This document shows positions 8,832 to 18,280 of a stretch of DNA of 64,000 bases, one piece after another. The notes under the pieces are model-generated. The model had not been told where the DNA came from, did no database searches, and was given only the letters and a program-made list of their open reading frames with translations. This DNA is from Kiritimatiellia bacterium. Its GTDB lineage: Bacteria; Verrucomicrobiota; Kiritimatiellia; RFP12; UBA1067. Numbering within the stretch: position 1 is the stretch's first letter; each line of letters opens with the position of its first letter. A program made the translations under genes and the position numbers. The stretch is taken from the NCBI GenBank assembly GCA_017406465.1, contig JAFQYM010000030.1, positions 31,684-95,683 on the forward strand, written 5' to 3'.

Positions 8832-10535
8832 ATGGAACTCAGCGATATAGTGAAGGCGGCCTTTGAGAAGGCGTATCCCGGCGAGGACTTCGGCGGCGTC
8901 AGGGTGTTGCCCGCGACCGATCCGAAGTTTGGCGACTACCAGTGCAACGACGCGCTCAAGTTCGCGAAGAAGGCGCACACCAACCCGCGCGAGGTCGGCG
9001 CGAAAGTGGCCGAGGCGCTCAAGGGCAACGACGTGTTCGAGAAGGTCGAGATCGCTGGCCCCGGGTTCCTCAACCTGACGGTTTCCGGCGGCTGGCTCAA
9101 CTCTCAGCTTTCGACTCTGGATTCCAAGTCGGCTTGCGGCATCCCTCAGAAGGGCGCGGGCAAGAAGATCGTCATCGACTACTCCTCGCCCAACGCGGCG
9201 AAGCAGATGCACATCGGCCACATTCGCTCTACCGTCATCGGCTGCGCGATAGACAGGATCTTCCGCTCGCTCGGCTACGACGTGATAGCCGACAACCACC
9301 TCGGCGACTGGGGCACGCAGTTCGGCATCCTCATCAAGGGCTACCGCGAGCTCCTCACCGACGAAGAGCGCGAGAACCTCACCGTCGCCAACCTCGAGAA
9401 GTGCTATGTCCTCTCCGCCGCGAAGGCAAAGGAAGAAGACGGTGTCTGGAAGGACGCCTGCCGTGCCGAGCTCGTGAAGCTCCAGCAGGGCGACAAGGAC
9501 AACCTCGCGCTCTGGAAGCGCTTCATCGACATCTCCATCGGCGAGTTTGACCGCATGTACGCGAAGCTTGGCGTGAAGTTTGACACGTATCGCGGTGAGT
9601 CGTACTACAATGACACCATGCCCGGCGTCGTCGCAAAGCTCCAGGAGATGGGGCTCGCTGTCGAGTCGGAGGGCGCTCTCGTGGTCAACCTCGAAGCCGA
9701 GAAGCTTGGCGTCGCGATCGTCCGCAAGTCCGACGGTGGCTACAACTATACGACGAGCGACCTCGCCTGCGTAAAGACTCGCGTCGAGGAATACGATCCC
9801 GAGCGCATCATCTACGTGACCGACGCCCGCCAGCAGCTCCACTTCAAGCAGTGGTTTTCGATTGCTGCGAAGATGGGCTACACGACGAAGCTCGTCCATG
9901 TTCCCTTTGGGCTCATGTCCTATCAGGGAAAGGCGATTTCCACGCGCGAGGGCAACCTTATCAAGCTCGACGAATTGCTTGCAGAGGCGAAGCGCCGCGC
10001 CTACGACATTGTGAAGGAGCGCGGCGGCGATGAGACTCTTGCCGAGCAGATCGGCTATGGCGCGGTCAAGTATTCCGACCTCTCCCACGACCCGATTACC
10101 GACATCGACTTCAGCTGGGACAAGGCGCTGGCGCTCGAGGGCAATTCTGGCCCTTATCTCCAGTATGCCTACGCCCGCGTCTGCTCGCTTCTTGAAAAGG
10201 CTGGTGGTGGAACGGACGGGATCTCGGGCGGTCCCGCACCCTTGCCCATGGAGGGTAACTTCCTAGTCGAGACTCCCGCCGAGAAGCGGCTTGCGCTCCA
10301 GCTCCTCGAGTTTCCTGGTGCAGTCGTCCGAGCGGCGGAGGCCTACAAGCCGAGCGTCCTCGCAGACTATCTCTTCCAGACGGCGCAGCTCTACTCGAGC
10401 TTCTACCAGAGTTCCCCGATACTCAAGAGCGAGCCGTCCGTCCGCGCGGCGCGTCTGAAACTCTGCTCGCTGTTCGGGAAGGTGCTCTCGACTGGGCTCG
10501 GGCTCCTGGGCATTGACACGCCACGCCACATTTGA
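8832..10535 (+). CDS. argS: Arginine--tRNA ligase
   Basis: FGDYQCN, DYSSPN, HIGH motif (MHIGHIRST), NHLGDWGTQFG, GNSGPYLQYAYAR. Confidence 0.97.
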   Translation: MELSDIVKAAFEKAYPGEDFGGVRVLPATDPKFGDYQCNDALKFAKKAHTNPREVGAKVAEALKGNDVFEKVEIAGPGFLNLTVSGGWLNSQLSTLDSKSACGIPQKGAGKKIVIDYSSPNAAKQMHIGHIRSTVIGCAIDRIFRSLGYDVIADNHLGDWGTQFGILIKGYRELLTDEERENLTVANLEKCYVLSAAKAKEEDGVWKDACRAELVKLQQGDKDNLALWKRFIDISIGEFDRMYAKLGVKFDTYRGESYYNDTMPGVVAKLQEMGLAVESEGALVVNLEAEKLGVAIVRKSDGGYNYTTSDLACVKTRVEEYDPERIIYVTDARQQLHFKQWFSIAAKMGYTTKLVHVPFGLMSYQGKAISTREGNLIKLDELLAEAKRRAYDIVKERGGDETLAEQIGYGAVKYSDLSHDPITDIDFSWDKALALEGNSGPYLQYAYARVCSLLEKAGGGTDGISGGPAPLPMEGNFLVETPAEKRLALQLLEFPGAVVRAAEAYKPSVLADYLFQTAQLYSSFYQSSPILKSEPSVRAARLKLCSLFGKVLSTGLGLLGIDTPRHI

Positions 10536-10541
10536 TACCAT
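10513..10541 (+). promoter_or_regulatory. Sigma70-type promoter for tRNA-Ser, embedded in the argS 3' end
   Basis: TTGACA (10513-10518), 17-nt spacer, TACCAT (10536-10541). Confidence 0.7.
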
Positions 10542-10556
10542 ATCCACCCACTTGCA

Positions 10557-10648
10557 GGAGAGATGGCAGAGCCTGGTTGAATGCACATGACTCGAAATCA
10601 TGCATACCCGCAAGGGTATCGGGGGTTCGAATCCCTCTCTCTCCGCCA
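10557..10648 (+). tRNA. tRNA-Ser(CGA)
   Basis: Acceptor GGAGAGA/TCTCTCC, anticodon arm CATGA-ctCGAaa-TCATG, long variable arm, GGTTCGAATCC T-loop, encoded CCA. Confidence 0.96.
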
Positions 10649-10688
10649 ACCACATTCCCCCAACCAACAATAAAACAACACCCTCGCC

Positions 10689-11222
10689 ATGGAACTTAAA
10701 GGAAGCAAGACTGAAAAGAACCTGATGACGGCCTTTGCGGGCGAGTCTCAGGCGCGCAACAAGTACGACTACTTCGCCTCTCGCGCGAAGAAGGACGGCT
10801 ACGAGCAGATTGCGGCTATCTTCCAGGAGACCGCGCTCAACGAGAAGGAGCACGCCAAGATGTGGTTCAAGGAGCTCGGCGGCATCGGCGATACGCCCGC
10901 CAATCTCCTTGCTGCCGCCGCCGGTGAGCACGAGGAATGGACCGACATGTACAAGCGCTTCTCCGAGGAGGCGAAGGCCGAGGGTTTTGACCGTCTCGCC
11001 TTCCTCTTCGCCAAGGTCGCGGAGATCGAGAAGCACCACGAAGAGCGCTACCGCAAGCTCGCCAAGAACATCGAAACTGGCGAAGTCTGGGTTCGCATCG
11101 GGCCAAACCGCTGGCAGTGCCGCAATTGCGGCGCGATCGTCGAGGGCGAGAAGGCCCCGGAGATCTGCCCTGTCTGCGCTCATCCGAAGGCCTACTTCCA
11201 GATAGAGCCGCAGAACTACTGA
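10689..11222 (+). CDS. rbr: Rubrerythrin
   Basis: [25 protein letters not shown]; rubredoxin-like WQCRNCG...CPVC. Confidence 0.95.
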   Translation: MELKGSKTEKNLMTAFAGESQARNKYDYFASRAKKDGYEQIAAIFQETALNEKEHAKMWFKELGGIGDTPANLLAAAAGEHEEWTDMYKRFSEEAKAEGFDRLAFLFAKVAEIEKHHEERYRKLAKNIETGEVWVRIGPNRWQCRNCGAIVEGEKAPEICPVCAHPKAYFQIEPQNY

Positions 11223-11228
11223 GCCGTT

Positions 11229-11807
11229 ATGCCGTCCGGCAAGGACGAGATTCGGTGCGAGATGCGCGCTCGGCGAAAGGCATTGTCCGCTGCCGAGCGC
11301 GCCGAGTTGTCTGCCATCATCTGCGCGAAGCTCGCACGGCGCGCGGATCTCTTTGGCGTAACAGACCCGCTCGATTTCGGCTTTCCCATCGCCGTCTATC
11401 TCGCCTCTCCAGACGAAATCGACATTCGCGCCTACATTGAGAGGTTGCTGTGGTATCGCTGCAAGGTCGTTGCCCCTCGCTGGAACGGTGAGACCTACGA
11501 ACTTGCCTTCTTGAAAGGGCTCGATGCGCGGCACTTGCGCCGCGGTCCGATGGGGATTATGGAGCCTGTCGACGCTGAGATCGTGCCGGCGAAGGAAGTA
11601 TACGGCTGGATTGTGCCAGGGCTTGCCTTTACGCGAGATGGGCGACGGCTTGGCTATGGCGGCGGTTGGTACGACCGACTTCTTGCCGATGCGCCTAAGG
11701 ACGCCGTGAAACTCGGCGTCGCCCATTCGTTCCAGATTGTCGAAGATCTTCCCACTGAACCGCATGACATCCGGCTCGCCGCCGTTGTCGACGATTCACT
11801 CGTTTAG
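11229..11807 (+). CDS. 5-formyltetrahydrofolate cyclo-ligase
   Basis: K-x-x-x-R-x-x-M-R-x-R-R N-terminus, VPGLAFTRDGRRLGYGGGWYDR, PTEPHDIRL. Confidence 0.92.
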   Translation: MPSGKDEIRCEMRARRKALSAAERAELSAIICAKLARRADLFGVTDPLDFGFPIAVYLASPDEIDIRAYIERLLWYRCKVVAPRWNGETYELAFLKGLDARHLRRGPMGIMEPVDAEIVPAKEVYGWIVPGLAFTRDGRRLGYGGGWYDRLLADAPKDAVKLGVAHSFQIVEDLPTEPHDIRLAAVVDDSLV

Positions 11808-11856
11808 ACTTTGATTTTTCTTGTCAGATTTTCCCGTTGGCGGCGAGTAGGGGTGT

Positions 11857-14800
11857 ATGAAACTCAAAAAACTCGTCGTAATTGGGGCGTTTGTTGCCCT
11901 CGCAGTCGCGCTTTGCGCCACTGCATCGTCATTGTTCTGGGTCTGCCGCAAGGTTCGCGCCTTCGAAGCCGAGCATGGAGGTAGCGTCTACGCCAACTTG
12001 AGCAAGGCGCAGATGGACGAAATCATCAAGGCCAAGATAAAGGAAGCTGCGACTAACGCGGCTCCCGCCTCCGCCTCGGCTGTCGTGCAGCAGAGCCCCG
12101 AGCCCGCCGCCGATAAGCCGAAGGGCCCGCCTCCTCCGCCAAAGCCGATGGTGAGGTTCGCCGCCCCAGGTCGCTATCTCCCGCCCGGCGGCGCGCGGGC
12201 GATTGGCGTAGAGTCCGTCAACGTGACGAACATCCACGCCGAGATTCGCCGCGTGGTGCCGGAAAATGTCGTCCAGCTTCTCGCCCGTGAGGAGCGCGAG
12301 TACAGCCGCTATCGTTGGGGTGGCTCCGCAGACAACGAGGAGACCGAGGAGCTTTCTGGCGAAATTGAGGAACACGACTTCGCCTGCGTGAACAGGCCTA
12401 ATGAAAAGGAGACAGTTGCCGTGCCAGTCAAGATGAACGACGGCGGCAGCGCCAACGGAATCTTCCTCGTCGCCGTTAGAAGCGCCGACCGTCCGCGCGC
12501 AGACGGCTGGTGGGTCGACGAACCAAAGCAGAACCCCAACCGCTACCGCCTCGTCTGCCTTTCCGACCTCGGGCTTTCCGTTCGCCTTAACGGGACCGAG
12601 TCGCCCGGCGTCTGGGTGACTTCGCTTATGAAGGGCACGCCTCTCGACGGCGCAAAGGTGACGGTATATTCCAAGGCGAATATCAAGGTGATGGAAGGCG
12701 AGACCGACGAGAACGGCTGGAGCCGCCTCGTGCGCGTCGCGAAGGGCGAGCCGTTTGCCGTCGTCGCCACAAGCGCCGATGGCGCCGACAGCACGTTCCT
12801 CGCTCTCCGCGACTCAATGGAAGTCGACGAGACGTATCCAGACGGATGCCGCCCAGAATACCTCGCGGACGACGGCGTGGAGGCGTTCCTCTGGACCGAC
12901 CGCGGCATCTACCGCCACGACGAGAAGATTATGGTTCACGCGCTTCTGAGGAACGGCCGCCGCCAAGCGCCGAGTCCAATGCCAGTTGAGCTGCGTCTCG
13001 TGAGCCCGAAAGGCGACATATACTTCCGCCTCACGATGACGACCGACGCCGAGGGCTCGCTTTTGTGCGATACATTTACCGTTCCCGCAGACCAGCCGAG
13101 CGGCGCGTGGAAGTTCCAGGCGAAGATTCCCGGCAAGGACGGCCGCATACTCGGGACGGCGGGGATAAAGGTCGAGGAGTTTGCGCCGCCGCAAATACGC
13201 GTCAAGGTCGAGGCAGACGCCTCGGCGCACCCGTCGAACTTCGCGTTCTTCGTCTCCGCGGAACACCTTTTCGGTGGTCCTGCCCACGCGCTCGCCTGCG
13301 AGGGTGCAGTCGTGTTCGAGGATTACTCTTTCGCGCCGCCACAATGGAAGGGGTGGTCTTTCGGGAACTGCGACCTCGGCCTCAAGCCGAATTTCCGGAC
13401 ACTATTGAAGACTTCGCTCGACCGCGAAGGCAAATGCGTCATGTCCGCGCCGCTCTGGGCCGATTCGGGGCTGCCGAAGGCCGCAGTACGCGCAACGGCA
13501 CAGGGAACAGTGTTCGAGGACGGCGGTCGTCCTGCGACGGCGCGCGCTTCCGCAGTTCTCCACTACTACCCATACTACATTGGCTCAACGCTTGAGTCGT
13601 GGATGCGGCTCGATAACGGGCTCGCGCCGAAGATCCGCTTTGCCTGCGTGAAGCCGGACGGCTCGCGTCACGGGGAAACCCGCACTCTCTCCGCGACATT
13701 GGAGCGCATCGATTCCGTATACTCCTATCGCCGCCAGTCGAACGGATGGGAGACGTGGGATTGCGAGCGCATTCGCAAGATCGTCGCGTCGTCCGTAAAG
13801 ATCGTCGTTCCTGCAGGCGAGGACGCGACATTCGAGATCCCCGCTGGCACCTGCGGAGACTACGCGCTGACAGTGACGGATTCCGAGACGGGCGTTTCGT
13901 TTGCAAAGACCTTCTACTTGAGCGACTGGGGCGACTCGGCGGTTCGTGCGCCGCTCTCCGACCCGACGGCGGTCACGCTCACTACCGACAAGCCGTTCTA
14001 CCGCGTAGGCGAAACGCCGCGCCTGATGGTTCGCGCACCGTTCGCCGGCTATGCACTCGTGTCGGTGCTGCGTGACAAGGACGCATACACTGACATCGTC
14101 GCACTCACAAACGCGACAAGCGAAATTGCGCTTAGATCGGTCACGCTAGAGAACGCGCCGAACCTCGATGTTTATGTGTCTGTTGTGCAGAGCGTTGAGG
14201 CTAATGCAAAGCACATGGCTGCTCGCGCCCACGGTCAGGCGACGATATCGGTGCGCCCGGTCGAGGATGAGATCGCCGTCAAGGTTGAAAAATGCGATGT
14301 TGTCGTCGGCAGCGAGAAGGGCTCGTCCGCGACCGTCACCTTCGAGGCGCGCGGCGCATCTGCCGCGCTCGTCACGATCGTGGACGAGGGGATCAACATC
14401 CTTACGGACGAGCAGGTGCCTGATCCTGTGGCGCATTTTGCCGCGCCGCGCTACGCGAGCCATCCGCTCTACGACATCTACCACCGCATGCTTCCCGTGC
14501 TTGGCGAGGACCTTCTCCGCGCGAGCGGCGTCAAGACGGGCGGCGGCGCGGGAGCGGAGATGCTCGGGCGTGTAAGCCCCGTGCCGACGCGCAGGTTCAA
14601 GCCGCTTTCGCGTTGGAGCGGCCGCGTGAAAGTCGGCGAAGACGGGAAGGGCGTGTGCGAGTTTCCGCTTGGCGAGTTCGTCGGCGAGATTCGCGCGACA
14701 GTCGTAGCGTGGAGCGCGTCTGCGTCTGGCTCTGACGCAATTCAGGCGAAGGTCACGCCGAAGATTGTCATGATGCCGGATGCGCCGCGCTTCGTCGCGC

Positions 14801-16467
14801 CGGGAGATGTTTTCGAGGCGACGCTGCCGATATACAGGAGAGATGGGAATAGCCGTGTAGAACATGTAGAACGTGTAGATGGGGTGATCGAGTATTCAAT
14901 CAGCGTAGGACGGAATGTCGTCGTTGCTGAGGGCAAGGTCATGCTTGAGAATGATGGCCACACAAACATCGTCGTGAGGTTGACTGCTCCGGAAGAGCCG
15001 GGGGAGATGGGCGTCGCATATTCCGTGAAGGGTTTGGGTGAGGCGCATCATGAGAGAATAATCCTGCCCGTTCGCCCTGCCGTCGCCTGGGTAGAGACTT
15101 CCGGCATAACGGCGAGCGAGAAATTGGCAGACACGGTCGGCAAGGTCGGGCGTCTCGAGAAGTTGTTTACGAAGGAATACGACACTCCGCTCGGTGGGTA
15201 CGAGGCGGCGCTACGCTGGCTCGCGGAATATCCGCATGGTTGCCTTGAGCAGACTTCCTCGCGCATGTTCCCGCTTATCGGCGCAGGAGGAATTCTTGCC
15301 TCAGTCTCGCCTGCGGGGCCTGATGTCGTATCTTCTGGCGTCAGGCGCGTCGAATCGATGGTGAGGTCTACCGACTTCGTGATGTGGCCAGACTGCAACT
15401 ATGCGCCATGGGACCCAGAAGTGTCGCTCTACGCCGCGCACTTCCTCGTCGAAGCGGAGAAGAACGGCTATGCGCTCAACCGCCTTGCGCGCGACCGCGT
15501 CTTCAGCTTCCTGAAGCGCTGGGCGATGTCGACGAACGACACTGTGTCGGCCTACGCCTGCCACACGCTCGCGCTCGCCGGCAAGCCGGAGAAGGACCGC
15601 ATGCTGCGGCTCTACGACGCGTCGACCAACCTGACGCTTCTTTCGCGCTCCCGCCTCGCACGCGCATTCGCCCTGACAGGCGACAGGCGCCGCGCCGAGA
15701 CGCTGCTTGCGGCAAATGTCGCGCCGTCGTCGGTGAAGGACGCTTCGTTCGCCGTCCTCGCGCTTCTCGATGTCGATCCTGACGATTCGCGCATACTTCC
15801 GCTCGTCTCCTATCTCGACAGGCAGCGCGACCGCGAGCGGTTTTCGTGGGGGACTACGGGCGACAACGCGCATGCGCTTCTTGCGATAGGCGCATACTAC
15901 CGCCATCATCCCGCGAAGACAGGCGAGAAGTTCGTCGTTTGGCACAAGCTCTCGCTACCCAAGCCAAGAGACGTAAGGGACGAGTCGCGCGGCATTTCCA
16001 TTGTGCGGCGCTACCTTACGCCCGAAGGCGGAGAGGCGGATCTCTCGAAACTTTCGCTCGGCGAGATGCTCATAGCCGAGCTTGCGATCAAGGTCGACGA
16101 CACGCGCGAGCTTTCCGATCTCGTTCTCGAAGACCTCCTCCCGGCTTGTTTTGAGCCAGTGCATGGTGGTCTCGTCCCGAAGCGAGCGAGTGCGGATCCA
16201 TCGGATCCGCGCGGAGCGAACGAAGGGGCGAGCGCCCATGCACTAGATCAGGGGAAATGGGTGATGAGGTCGGACGCTCGCGACGACAGGATGCTCGTCT
16301 TCTCGAAGAAATTCACGCTTGCTAAGGGCGAAGAGGCGACCTTCCGCTATCCGGTGCGCGTTGTCTCGGCTGGAGACTACATTCTCCCCGGCCCGAGCGT
16401 CGAGGCGATGTACCATCCAGACCTCCACGCTCGCCGCGCCCCCAGTCGCATTTCCGTCAGGCGGTAA
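11857..16467 (+). CDS. Bacterial alpha-2-macroglobulin family protein with thioester motif
   Basis: MG2-type WTDRGIYR, VEEFAPP, TTDKPFYRVGE, VDEGI; thioester YPHGCLEQTSS; C-terminal RDDR...YPVRVVSAGDYILPG..VEAMY. Confidence 0.9.
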   Translation: MKLKKLVVIGAFVALAVALCATASSLFWVCRKVRAFEAEHGGSVYANLSKAQMDEIIKAKIKEAATNAAPASASAVVQQSPEPAADKPKGPPPPPKPMVRFAAPGRYLPPGGARAIGVESVNVTNIHAEIRRVVPENVVQLLAREEREYSRYRWGGSADNEETEELSGEIEEHDFACVNRPNEKETVAVPVKMNDGGSANGIFLVAVRSADRPRADGWWVDEPKQNPNRYRLVCLSDLGLSVRLNGTESPGVWVTSLMKGTPLDGAKVTVYSKANIKVMEGETDENGWSRLVRVAKGEPFAVVATSADGADSTFLALRDSMEVDETYPDGCRPEYLADDGVEAFLWTDRGIYRHDEKIMVHALLRNGRRQAPSPMPVELRLVSPKGDIYFRLTMTTDAEGSLLCDTFTVPADQPSGAWKFQAKIPGKDGRILGTAGIKVEEFAPPQIRVKVEADASAHPSNFAFFVSAEHLFGGPAHALACEGAVVFEDYSFAPPQWKGWSFGNCDLGLKPNFRTLLKTSLDREGKCVMSAPLWADSGLPKAAVRATAQGTVFEDGGRPATARASAVLHYYPYYIGSTLESWMRLDNGLAPKIRFACVKPDGSRHGETRTLSATLERIDSVYSYRRQSNGWETWDCERIRKIVASSVKIVVPAGEDATFEIPAGTCGDYALTVTDSETGVSFAKTFYLSDWGDSAVRAPLSDPTAVTLTTDKPFYRVGETPRLMVRAPFAGYALVSVLRDKDAYTDIVALTNATSEIALRSVTLENAPNLDVYVSVVQSVEANAKHMAARAHGQATISVRPVEDEIAVKVEKCDVVVGSEKGSSATVTFEARGASAALVTIVDEGINILTDEQVPDPVAHFAAPRYASHPLYDIYHRMLPVLGEDLLRASGVKTGGGAGAEMLGRVSPVPTRRFKPLSRWSGRVKVGEDGKGVCEFPLGEFVGEIRATVVAWSASASGSDAIQAKVTPKIVMMPDAPRFVAPGDVFEATLPIYRRDGNSRVEHVERVDGVIEYSISVGRNVVVAEGKVMLENDGHTNIVVRLTAPEEPGEMGVAYSVKGLGEAHHERIILPVRPAVAWVETSGITASEKLADTVGKVGRLEKLFTKEYDTPLGGYEAALRWLAEYPHGCLEQTSSRMFPLIGAGGILASVSPAGPDVVSSGVRRVESMVRSTDFVMWPDCNYAPWDPEVSLYAAHFLVEAEKNGYALNRLARDRVFSFLKRWAMSTNDTVSAYACHTLALAGKPEKDRMLRLYDASTNLTLLSRSRLARAFALTGDRRRAETLLAANVAPSSVKDASFAVLALLDVDPDDSRILPLVSYLDRQRDRERFSWGTTGDNAHALLAIGAYYRHHPAKTGEKFVVWHKLSLPKPRDVRDESRGISIVRRYLTPEGGEADLSKLSLGEMLIAELAIKVDDTRELSDLVLEDLLPACFEPVHGGLVPKRASADPSDPRGANEGASAHALDQGKWVMRSDARDDRMLVFSKKFTLAKGEEATFRYPVRVVSAGDYILPGPSVEAMYHPDLHARRAPSRISVRR
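14855..14881 (+). repeat. In-frame 9-nt tandem repeat (VEHVERVD) inside the A2M gene
   Basis: gtgtagaac-atgtagaac-gtgtagatg. Confidence 0.7.
16176..16228 (+). repeat. REP-like palindromic element inside the A2M gene
   Basis: CCCGAAGCGAGCGAG, then hairpin GCGGATCC-atc-GGATCCGC (16192-16210), then GGAGCGAACGAAGGGG. Confidence 0.55.
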
Positions 16468-16469
16468 TT

Positions 16470-16478
16470 TGCTATAAT
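16470..16478 (+). promoter_or_regulatory. Extended -10 upstream of rmuC
   Basis: TGCTATAAT. Confidence 0.65.
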
Positions 16479-16516
16479 ATCGGCATGAAGATCAATCTTA
16501 CTACGGGAGACAGACA

Positions 16517-17671
16517 ATGACAGTTCTCGTTAGCGTTGGCGTTGGCGCGGCGCTTGTGGCGGCGGTGGTTGTCTATGCCCTGATGCGCGGCGCAATTGCC
16601 GCGGCAAGAGCAGAGGCCCGTGCGACGGACAGGAGCGTGGAAGGTCTTCGCGCCGAGTTCGCGTCTCTTGCGGCGGCGACTCTCGAAGGCAAGGCCAAGT
16701 CTCTTGCCGAGCAGAACGCCGCGCAGGTGCGTCCGCTCTTTGAACAGCTCACCACGCGCTTCGGCGAGCTTCGCCAGGCGTCGGAGCAGGCGCGAGAGGC
16801 GAACCTGCGTCTCGGGGAAAGTCTCAAGGTCAAGCTCGACGAAGTTGGTCTCAAGGCGCAGTCGCTCGGTCGCCAGGCGGACGAATTTGTCGCCGCGCTT
16901 AAGGGCGGCAACAAGAGCCAGGGCAACTGGGGCGAGGGAATCGTGAGAAATGTCCTCGAAAGCGCGGGCCTTAGGCCTGGCACCGACTTCATCGAGCAGC
17001 AGGGTGCAAACGACGCGTTGCCCGACTTTACCGTCCTCGACGGGATCCACCGCAAGATACTCATCGACTCGAAGGTGAACATCGACGCCTTTCTCGCCGC
17101 TGACGAGGCGGAGAGGGAGAATCGCCCAGAGGACGCGGCGAAGTGCCGCGCCGAGCATGCGAAGAGGGTGCGGGCGCAGGTCGTTAACTTGTCCGACAAG
17201 AAGTACCCAGAACGGCTCAAGTCGCACGATGCCGACGCCGAAGCGGAGTATTCGCCCGTCGTAATCATGGCCATGCCGAGCGAGGCGACGTATTCGGCGG
17301 CCATCTCCGCAGACCCGCAGCTCGTGGCATTTGCCAACGAACGCGCCGTGGTGCTCGCCTCGCCGCAGATGCTCTTTGGTTATCTCGTCCTCTTCAAGAT
17401 CGGCATGGACCGGCTGAAGGTTGACCGCAACAACCAGGAAATCGCCAACCGCGCGAGACAGCTCTTGGAGCGCATGGACGCCGCGTTCGCCGCTCTTGAA
17501 AAGGTCGGAAAGTCGCTTGGAGTCGCGCAGGACCAGTATCACGAGGCCATGCGTAAGCTCGGGGGCGAAGAAGGCGGGCAGAACATCCTTGCTCCTGCAC
17601 GTGCGCTCGCGAAGTTTGCCACGACGACAAGGAAGTGCGCGTCGCTCGCAATGCAGCAGCCACAGGAATGA
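16517..17671 (+). CDS. rmuC: DNA recombination protein RmuC
   Basis: N-terminal TM and coiled coil; QGNWGE, PD-(D/E)xK-type LPDF...IDSKV, MAMPSE, LASPQML. Confidence 0.88.
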   Translation: MTVLVSVGVGAALVAAVVVYALMRGAIAAARAEARATDRSVEGLRAEFASLAAATLEGKAKSLAEQNAAQVRPLFEQLTTRFGELRQASEQAREANLRLGESLKVKLDEVGLKAQSLGRQADEFVAALKGGNKSQGNWGEGIVRNVLESAGLRPGTDFIEQQGANDALPDFTVLDGIHRKILIDSKVNIDAFLAADEAERENRPEDAAKCRAEHAKRVRAQVVNLSDKKYPERLKSHDADAEAEYSPVVIMAMPSEATYSAAISADPQLVAFANERAVVLASPQMLFGYLVLFKIGMDRLKVDRNNQEIANRARQLLERMDAAFAALEKVGKSLGVAQDQYHEAMRKLGGEEGGQNILAPARALAKFATTTRKCASLAMQQPQE

Positions 17672-17713
17672 CGGCACCGTTCCGCTTGAGAGGCGAAAAG
17701 TTGCGCTGCCTTC

Positions 17714-17743
17714 TTGCCGTAAAAGGGCATTAAATGGTATAAT
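17714..17743 (+). promoter_or_regulatory. Sigma70-type promoter for the rnfG-like gene
   Basis: TTGCCG, 18-nt spacer, TATAAT preceded by TGG. Confidence 0.6.
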
Positions 17744-17770
17744 TGCTCTTACTTACCGGAGCTTTAGCAA

Positions 17771-18226
17771 ATGAAAAAAATCATCGGCCTTGTAATCAGC
17801 TTAACAATCATCAGCGGCGCATGTGCCGCAGTGCTTGCGTACGTCAATTCCATCACGAAAGAGCCGATCGCGGCGACGGCCGAGAAGGCGAAGGAGGCGG
17901 CGAAGCTCGCCGTCCTCTGCGGCGAGGAGGGATACACCGCGGAGGGGCGCTCCAGCGAAGGGTACGGCGGCGACATAGTCCTCATGGTCGGTTTCAAGAA
18001 GGACAAGAAGACCGTCATTTCATACAAGGTGCTTCAGGCGACTGAGACCCCCGGTCTCGGCATGAAGCTCAAGACGCCCGAATTCGCAGGCCAGTTCGCC
18101 GGCAAGGACGGCACCTCGCTCAAGGTGAAGAAAGACGGCGGAGAGATCGAGGCGATCACTTCCGCCACCATCACCTCCCGCGCCGTCTGCAAGGCGATTG
18201 CCGACGCGCAGAAGAAGCTTCAGTAG
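17771..18226 (+). CDS. rnfG: RnfG-like FMN-binding membrane protein
   Basis: N-terminal TM, GYGGDI, ETPGLG, flavinylation motif ITSATITS. Confidence 0.75.
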   Translation: MKKIIGLVISLTIISGACAAVLAYVNSITKEPIAATAEKAKEAAKLAVLCGEEGYTAEGRSSEGYGGDIVLMVGFKKDKKTVISYKVLQATETPGLGMKLKTPEFAGQFAGKDGTSLKVKKDGGEIEAITSATITSRAVCKAIADAQKKLQ

Positions 18227-18280
18227 CAGGGCGGCCCGCCCGAAGAGGGCCTGTCGCGACATCACGAAAGGACAAGGTCA

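Noticed and set aside
10557-10688. tRNA-Ser as an island integration site
   Set aside because: No integrase, no duplicated tRNA 3' end in the window, and the flanking genes are housekeeping.
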